Part shown: piece by piece, positions 55,053 through 64,000 of the stretch | Layout of the letters: each line of letters opens with the position of its first letter | Position numbering within the stretch: position 1 is the first letter of the stretch | Source: the human T2T-CHM13v2.0 reference genome, Homo sapiens | Length of the DNA stretch: 64,000 nt | NCBI RefSeq assembly: GCF_009914755.1 | Contig: NC_060937.1 | Direction: 5' to 3' (one strand) | Program-made: the position numbers and the translations under genes | Notes under the pieces: generated by a model | What the model saw: the letters and a program-made list of their open reading frames with translations, nothing else | Database searches by the model: none | What the model was told of the DNA's origin: nothing

Positions 55053-55442
55053 TTGGCAAATGATGACATAGACACAACCGCTTAAGATACATCCAGTATG
55101 AGGAATGGCTGGCAAGTAAATTAGTTTATGAGTCACTAGTGCAAGAGTTAGCTAGGAAATTAGACTTTGCAGTGATTTAGAGTTGTTTGTGGTTTTGGGG
55201 TAATTTTCTAGCATTTCCTATCATTTTTGGTAGAACTGATCCTGCTATTAGTAGTAGGAGTTTTTAATGTCAAAAAACAAAAGAAGATTAAAAGTTAGAC
55301 CTCAAAGAGTAATTCACTAAATATTATATGGCTTGCTTAAAAATTTTACAAAGTGGAACAGAAATAACACGTAAGTTTACCTTCTGATCCAGAATTTTGT
55401 ACCATGCTTTCCTCCCATCATTACCTAGATTTTCATATATCA

Positions 55443-55595
55443 TTAGTGATCAAAGTCACTAGGAAGATTTTTCAAAAATCCTGAGTCTAGTCATTGAAAA
55501 TTTGACTCATTATATCAATGGCTGGTCCGAGAAGCCATAGTTTTTGTAAATCTTTTTTTCTGAATCTGAGACATGGTCAGCTTTGGAAGCCACTA
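55443..55595. mobile_element. MER5-like hAT-Charlie relic
   Basis: tcactaggaagatttttcaaaaat...tgactcatta...ctttggaagccacta. Confidence 0.5.
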
Positions 55596-55639
55596 ACCTA
55601 GACTGTTAAATGATTGCTCTTAAATTTTATTCTTTATCT

Positions 55640-55838
55640 TGTTTTGGAATCAGCTAGCATAGGTAAGTATCCTAGGGTCAGCCATGTATTAGCTGTATAA
55701 TCTAAGACAACTTTTTAGAATTTTATAATTCTCTTCTTTGAAATGATGGAATAAGACCTATTAGGCAGCAGTGTTCGGAAGACTAAAGATAATGTGATAT
55801 GATCTGTCATATGTACTCAACGAATGATATTTCTTATT
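55640..55838 (+). mobile_element. MIR SINE
   Basis: tttggaatcag...tcagccatgtattagctgtat...gtactcaacgaatg. Confidence 0.6.
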
Positions 55839-55901
55839 AGGTCAAAATGATGTGGTAATAAAAATAGCCCCAACATGTTATAAATGTTCATTAACAAGCC
55901 T

Positions 55902-55904
<3 letters not shown>

Positions 55905-55968
<64 letters not shown>

Positions 55969-56093
55969 GTATATATATGTGTGTATATATATGTGTGTAT
56001 ATATATATGTGTGTATATGTGTATATATAGTGATTTTTATATATAGTGATTTATATGTGTATTATATACATATATGTATATATATACATATAT
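55905..56093. repeat. Compound (AT)n(GT)n microsatellite with a mixed TA/TG tail
   Basis: (AT)16, then (GT)12, then interleaved TA/TG blocks. Confidence 0.95.
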
Positions 56094-58620
56094 AATCTTA
56101 CAATGGTATATTTTAAGAGCACTTTCTTATAACAGTTTTTATGTACTTGAGATAGGCTTATATCATTACAATTCACAATTTATAACAAACAGTTGAAAAA
56201 AAGTCAAAACTGAGATTTTACTGAACTGAAATTCTATTTTATTTGTCAAAATACATAAATTATTAAATAAATGAAACATCTTTCACAGGTAAACTACTTA
56301 GTTTATTGAATTAACTACCAAGAAGGATTAATATTCACTATTTTAATTGTAAGAACAGTCTATCTCATTATTTTTACAACGAGCTGATTATTATTGTTAG
56401 GTTTGTTATGTTTTCTTAATACTACTTTGAAAATTAAATCCAAATATTTAAATTATTTAATATGAGTTAAATCTTGGAGTTGGCCAGTTGATTTCCACTT
56501 TTAGGATTTTGAACAAGTCATAAAATCTATGTAACTCAGATTTCCAGTTTGCAAAGTACTATTTACTTTATGTTTTATTATTTCTGTTTTATGAATTATT
56601 CCAAAATATGCTATTTTACTACCCAGCTTTGAAATATTTTACTATCAGAAATATTGTATAGTTATGAAATTGAGGTTCACTATATGAAAAAATTAATATA
56701 CAACATCAAATTTAATTCAGTTCTATATCTTCCTATGAACTAATACAAAGATTAAAATGGTTGATATTTATAATATTAGAATTTTCTATTTTATCTGAAG
56801 TCATTTATCAAAACCTATTTCTATAAAGTGCCTTGAATACTTTTACGATACACACACACATACAAACATGTATATACTATATACACGTTTTTTGTTTTCA
56901 CAAAACATTCTTTAGTACAAATAGTTTCAACTGCTTCATGTTTGCAATCAGATTATATCATTCATAAAGATTGTTACCAACTGGCATTTTTGTTTTGCTT
57001 TGTAAATATATATTATATATAAGTATATATATGTTAATATAAAAGCTAGTAAGTGTATACACATTGTTTGTATACACAATGACATATACATTCAATTTGT
57101 TTTGGAAGATATGAATAAACATTTTTTATTCAAAAATTTAGCTGTTTAAGAGTTTAAATTAAAGAAAACTTATTTACTAAAGACCTTTACATACTTTTGC
57201 AATTTTTCCTAGTCCTAATTTACAATGTTCATGGCCAAGATCTGTATTATAATCGGCATTACTATTCAATGTAATTCAGAGAATCAGCACATGTAGTCCT
57301 AATATTGAATCATATTTTATAATTCTCTATTCTATTACAAAGACTCCAAAGTGCGGTATGCAATGCACTTGAAAGATGTTATTAAATTTCTATAGCAACA
57401 AACAGCAAAAAAAAAAAAAGTGACGGAATTATAACAGATATGCTGGATCTGCTTGACATTCAAATTATGTTAGGATAAAGATGTTTCTGATCATGAATGG
57501 AAGCATACAAGTAGAAAGAAGAAATAAAAAATATGTAATCCTTATATTCAAGGCAGTTCAAATAGAGAAGCAAATATCTAATTTAACGAGAAGCAGAGTA
57601 AATCAGTATTGTACTACAAGTACAAATATTCACACTGATTATAAGAATTTTCATTTGTGTGAGGAAATAGTCTTCTTCATAAAGAAATTTATGTTCAACT
57701 TTAGAAGATAATAAGTTTTAAGGAAATAGAGAAGGAAGTAAGGAAAAAAAGGGAAGAATTTTAGAAAAGACACATAGTAGGAAGAGTACCACATGCTCCT
57801 CTTCTCAGAAAATGGCAAATTGGCATTTGACTGAAGAAAGATTTGGGGATAAAATACGAAATAAAAAAGGGAAAAGTCAAGTGACATATCATATTCCTCA
57901 TGGAATATGGAAAGGTCCTCAACCTTTCCAGCGAAATATAAGGAACTTGGTCTTTTATACTCACCAAACAGTTGTTAAGAGAGTAATGCTTTAATTTAAA
58001 TTGTGTTTTAGCATACCAGCTATGCAGAGCACAAAGAATAAAGTAGGAGACTCAATTTTGGGTGAATAATTAAACCACTATGAGGCAAGGAGCACTGAAA
58101 TTTTGAATAAGCAGATGAAGTAGGAAGAAAGAAGGAAACACAAAATATTAAAACAACTTATTTTATGTTTAAAGGTGAGGTTAAATGAAAGCAGTGACTT
58201 TGAGATTTGTAGCCTTGGTGACTGAGAGGATATGACAACACAAAATAAAATATTATCGTACAAAAACCAAAATCAATTTAAGAATCCTACAAAATAATGT
58301 ATGATTTTCTGAAAATCAACTAAAATTACTATTTAAAATATCTTATTATTTATGAGATATTTATTTAGAAAATCCAAAACTTTATAAATTTTAGCATATT
58401 AGAGATCTAAGCACCAAAAAGTAAGTGGCTTCATTTAAAATAAAAGAGATTTGTACACGTAACAATCCATTAAATACCACCCTCACTATTAAGTCTCTTG
58501 AATATGATTGGGACATTCCCCCACGATAAAAATAGTTAATTCTCAGAGGTCATATTAGATGACATGATTTAGTTTACTAAACGTAGTTAAACATAGTTTA
58601 CTATGTTTAAAACCTTTCTC

Positions 58621-58941
58621 AGCTGGGTGCAGTGGCTCAAGCTGAGTAATCCCAGAACCGCGTAATCCCAGCACGTTGGGAGGCCAAGGCAGGTGGATCA
58701 CCTGAGGTCAGGAGTTCGAGACCAGCCTTGCCAACATGGTGAAACCCTGTCTCTACTAAAAACACAAAAATTAGCCGGGCATGGCAGGGCATGCATGTGG
58801 TCCCAGCTACTTGGGAGTCTGAGGCAGAAGAATCACTTGAACTCAAGGGATAGAGGTACAGTGAGCCGAGATGGCACCGCTGCACTCTACCCTGGGCAAA
58901 AGAGCAAGACCCCATCTCATATTAAAAGAAAAAAAAAAAAA
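58621..58941 (+). mobile_element. AluSx/Sz with a 5' internal duplication
   Basis: ggatcacctgaggtcagg; gtaatcccag occurs twice; TSD aaaa(c)ctttctc. Confidence 0.93.
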
Positions 58942-59913
58942 CTTTCTCACCTCAGTATTTAATAAGTGGCTGTTTTTTCAGGCTGTTGCTTCATAATAGA
59001 AAATAAAGAGTCATGTGTGATCTTCGTTGTGAGTACCTGTAAATGTTACAAAATTAGAAAACTATTCATTAAATGTTAGATGCAAACAAGTGTGATGAAA
59101 CTTCCTATGTTTTGATAATGGTGTATAAAAGAAATTCACAGAAACTGCCTAACTTCGATTTTACTTAATCTCTTCAATCTCCCTATACTAAAAATTTAAC
59201 CAAATGATTTAATATTAGCTAAAATTCCCCTGATTCAATGTGTCCTCTGACACAGATGCCAGCACAATATCAAGCGGCCAAAACACTTGCAAGGCAAGAA
59301 TCCAAAAAAAGAAAAAAAAGATGAAGAAGTAGTTATTAATTTTAAACTAATTTATAAACTTGTGCATGAAAAGGATGTGGATTAATTGAGCTATTTACCA
59401 ATTCCTAATATGATGGTAATTTCATGACATAAAATGTTTAAATTTAGTTAAATAAAAAAGACTAGGCTTGTATAGCTCTATTAATGATTCATTTATGACT
59501 TTGGAAAATTTATAGGTCTCCTCTATGTGTGTTGCAGGTTTTATGACATAAGGATACTGAATCTAAAAGAAATGAGTAAAATATGAGGTTACATGCTTAT
59601 ATTAGCCTTGAAAATTATTAATGACAGTAATTGGAAAGGAATAACAAAAAAAAATGGTAAATCCTGGTTCTAACCAAAGTTTCCTTTAAAATCTAATCTG
59701 TTAGTTTTCCTATAGGTTGCTATTATCTTCATTAACCTAAAAGCCTTTCGAAGACATGTGCTTTAGAAACATATCCTAAAAATTGCTAATGATGGAGAAA
59801 GAATCCAGCACATTTGTAGTTTTCTAGACACTAGCTAATGTGTTCTCTACTTTATTAGGCTTAGCTTTAAAACGTGGAATATAAAGAAAAGGAAGATTGA
59901 TTTAATAAAGTTA

Positions 59914-60234
<321 letters not shown>

Positions 60235-60282
60235 TCAGACTGGGAAAAATACATATGGGGATCTAGCCTGAAAGCATGGCAT

Positions 60283-60520
60283 TATAATAACAGCTACTAT
60301 TTGCTACAAGCCCATAAGCCAAAGTACCAGAGTCTTAACATCATTTATTTAATTGTCACATTTTAATAGGTGTTATAATTAACAAATTTTATTTTATGGA
60401 TGAGGAACCTGAGGCCCAGCAAGCATCATTAGTTCATTAAAGCCTATCCTGCTTGCACATGGGAGGTCCAGTGTTTTCACATACAAATATTTAACTGTCA
60501 ATACTTTCATCTTTCTGCTA
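60283..60520 (-). mobile_element. MIR SINE
   Basis: ataataacagctactattt...attttatggatgaggaacctgaggcccag. Confidence 0.7.
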
Positions 60521-61706
60521 CCCTATTCCTCAAATAAACTATTTAGTGTAAAATATTGGTGTTAGGTGCATTAAGGTCAGCGTTTGTCTATAACTCTGAG
60601 ATGTTTTCTTCCAACAGATGGATTGCCTGTTGACTATGCCCAGCTTTTCCTTTAATTTTTGAACCTCAGTGAATTATTCAACAAATGTAAATAATATCAC
60701 TTTTATACAACTATAATTAAATTTAGAATCTTTGTCCCAGATTTAAATTAATCAATTGTCAGAGTACATCTTTTTCTATTGTCTTTTATTTAACCTTAAT
60801 AAAGGATCAAAGTGACTAGCACAACCTCTACAACATTAACTCTAATTTGAGCCTTTGACACCTGCATTTTAAGGTCTTCATAGTTTTATCTTCGTAGGCA
60901 TAATGATTCGTTTTGAAAAGATGAATATGAACTGGGTTATCAATACAACCATACAATTATATTTCAGTGTGTGTTCTTCTTTCTCAGTCTCTATTCCTGC
61001 TTGTAATCAGTATTAGTTTGCATGTTTCAAAAACATTTAACATAAATTAGAGGCCCGAGAATGGGCTTTGCATGCTAAAGATGTGGCTTCCTGGAACTTC
61101 TTTGTATAAATTTTCAATCATCTACTTTGCTCTTATATAGATCTTTGATTTATCTTTGATGCATTCCACCATTTATATAAAATTTAGAGATTGATTTAGG
61201 CATTAAATTTCTGAAGGAGGTGAAAGCAGCTCATCATTTTTCTTCTGCTTAAAAGAGTTAGATCTACATTAAGATCATTTTCCATTTCTCTTGGGCCTTT
61301 TAAATTGTGTTCTTAGGTGAGAACAATGAATTACCTGACAGAAAAAGGTTTCACCTGCACTGCCAAACTTCCATTGCATGATAAAAGGATCTTACGCAGT
61401 TTTTATGTAGCCCGTAATGGCTGCTGGCAGGCAACTGTGACAGGCAAGGACCAGACAGCACCTTTATTTCACAGATCACACAAAACAGCTAGTGCACCAG
61501 GGAAAGGGGTGCAATGAAGGGTAACTCCAACTCACTTCATTTAGAGGAGACATGGCTTACATTTACCTTTCCAACTTTGAACAAAATTGCAGGATTGCAA
61601 TAAACCAAACTTTCCAAAAGGAAAAATGGTTTGGAAGATTACTTGAACTAGTAATAAATGTATCATAAAATGTAAGAATAATGTTATTAATATATAAAAT
61701 TGTTCA

Positions 61707-62022
61707 GGATGAACCTTGAAAACATGATACTAGGTGAAAGAAGCCAGACAAAAGGCCATATATTACATAACTCCATATATACGAAATGCCGAAACGGGCA
61801 AATCAATAAAGATAGAAAGTAGATTGATACCGGGGATAGAGGAAGGGGGAGGAAGGTGTAGGGAGGGACTGCCAACAAGTACGTCTTTCTTTTTAGAGTG
61901 GTAAAGGTCTTGTGGATTAAATAATGGTGATGGTTGTACAACTTTACAAATACAGCAACGGCAACTGAAATGGACACTTTAAACAACTGAATATTACGGT
62001 ATATTAATTATACTTTAAAAAA
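61707..62022 (+). mobile_element. L1MB-like 3' end
   Basis: ggatgaaccttgaaaacat...gtgaaagaagccagaca...ggtgatggttgtacaac...cactttaaa. Confidence 0.85.
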
Positions 62023-64000
62023 TAGTCCCAGATGTAATATTTTGAAGATGTTCAAAGCTAAAAAATCTAGGGAAAAAAATAGAAATTTGACAAAATGCTA
62101 CAAAGTCAAAATTTAATAAGAACGCATATTCTAAAGTTAATTATTCTCAGACACTTGAAAAACCCTTAAACTAGAATGTAAAGTTAAATATTCCAGACAA
62201 TAGCTGAGACATGAAGTTCTAAAGTTTTCAAATATATTTCCTTTTATAATAAGTATGAGATTTGAAATCCAGGAGTCCCTAAACTCTTAGCCTAAAAGTA
62301 CTGAAGAATTAGCCTCACAAGGCACGCATATAAAATAGCCGTTGTGGTGGTGTTGTGACTCAAGCAAAACAGTAGCAACAACAACAGCAACAACAAAAAC
62401 AGCCAAGTAAGCCAGGGTTAATGTTTGTATTGGTGCTATTTATTCTAATTCTAATTTTACTTTCTAGTATGGATACATACTTCAGTGTCATAATATTAAT
62501 TCTGAAGATTAAAATTCTGTGACCATAAGAACCTAACTTTCTTCTCTCTTTCTCTTTCTGTCTCTCTTGAAAATGTGCACTCTAAGAAGCTTTGTTTTAA
62601 TGAAATGGCATAGTAAAATAGCTTTTTGCCAAATAAAACCATTAAGTTTATATAATAATATTATAGCAATTTAAATGCACTGTTGGTAAGTATATTGCTT
62701 ATTGAAAAGCAATCGTGTTTATGGCTTACTCAAAACTTTATTTTTTCCCCCACGCACATTCAAATGCAGCTGAAACCACAGTAAAATTTTGGCAATGTAG
62801 AAACTCTGGCCAAAAATGTATATTAGTCATGCAAATTCCTTCATTACATATTTTTCAGCAGAAAAGAATAATTCAAACAAAGCATCTTATTTCCTGCACC
62901 TGTATTGTTCACACGTTGAATGGCACATAAAAATAAATGTTTTACATTCTGATTTGCAGTTACTTATTCTTATTTCCTAAGCTAGCTCTTTAATGACACA
63001 GTGAAAATGTGTTTCAGTATCATGAAGCTAACATTTTAAGCCTAATAGGAAAAGAACTCACGGAAAAACATAAAGAGTAACAGTATAAGATATTTTAAAC
63101 TTGAAAATAAGAAAACTGTAATAGATACTATTTACTAAGCATCTATTAGAAAGCAAGTTTTTATAATATACAATATCAAGTAATTCTTCATACTTGCAAT
63201 TCATCATCAAAAACAAAAGTGTGAATTTATAATGCAGTTAAACTTTCTCAAAATCAAACCATTTAATAAGTAGATGTTAACATGTTAACATTTTAATAAG
63301 ATTATATCGTATCACTTTGAATAAAATTCACCATAATATACAACTGATTATAGGACACACACACAAAAAAACACACACACGACAAAATAAGAACAAAAAA
63401 ATCTACCAAAGGTGCTATTTTGTAACCACGTATTTGTGACAGATATTTAAATTCTCCAATTGTCAAAGATGAATTATTATAGTCAATTCATTTTTTTACT
63501 CACAGAATTGTTGAAATGCACAAGAATGTTACCCTAGCATAGTGGCATAGTGATACAAAGCAGCATGAAATATCATAAATGCAACGTGTTTACACAGTTG
63601 GGTAATATTAAGTCCATTTACTTCAAGTGAGATAGTGTTATAGGCCTTGTTGTTACCATAATTTTTTGAGAAGGGAACAATATTATTACGAATAAAGCCA
63701 TATGTTAATGAGAAGGTTAGTTAGCATTAGGTAGAATTTATTCATGGAATTTGAAGAAAAGATAGCATCATTTCCAAAAAAATTATTATATTGCAAATAT
63801 ATTTGGAAGCACAGACTGGTTACATATATAGATTCTGGGTATCTGTGTATTTCCTATCTCAATACCATTTGAATACAGTGAATGATAGTGTTCAATATTT
63901 TATAAATAAAAGCATTTTTCAAAATTTAAAAATAGCAAAAACACATTATCTTCAAAAGCTGCACAAAGTGTTTATAGTTATTTAAGTTCTGTTATATGTG

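Noticed and set aside
61832-61867. Possible G-quadruplex
   Set aside because: Long loops (9 and 11 nt) and part of the ordinary G-rich L1 3' UTR.
63274-63291. 18-bp perfect palindrome atgttaacatgttaacat
   Set aside because: Explained by a simple 8-bp slippage duplication of a palindromic unit.

Overview
AT-rich primate (human or ape-like) non-coding DNA, intergenic or deep intronic. I recognise no protein-coding exon, RNA gene or CpG island. The ORF track consists of chance ORFs, Alu/THE1 read-throughs and short decayed pieces of ERV-L pol. The window is a layered transposon record. It holds 13 Alus, MIR and L2 relics, only short L1 scraps, several MaLR LTRs, three ERV-L remnants each with a different LTR, solo LTR13A (HERV-K group) and LTR2 (HERV-E), DNA-transposon MITEs (MER82, MER63A, MER5, MADE1) and microsatellites. 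The most unusual structures are a THE1 element with three LTRs whose middle LTR is a different subtype, an out-of-order ~180-bp duplication inside an ERV-L pol, and several small templated-insertion-like scars. I found no convincing new biological system. Repeat names come from my recall of consensus sequences, not from a search, so subfamily labels and the edges of old repeats are approximate.
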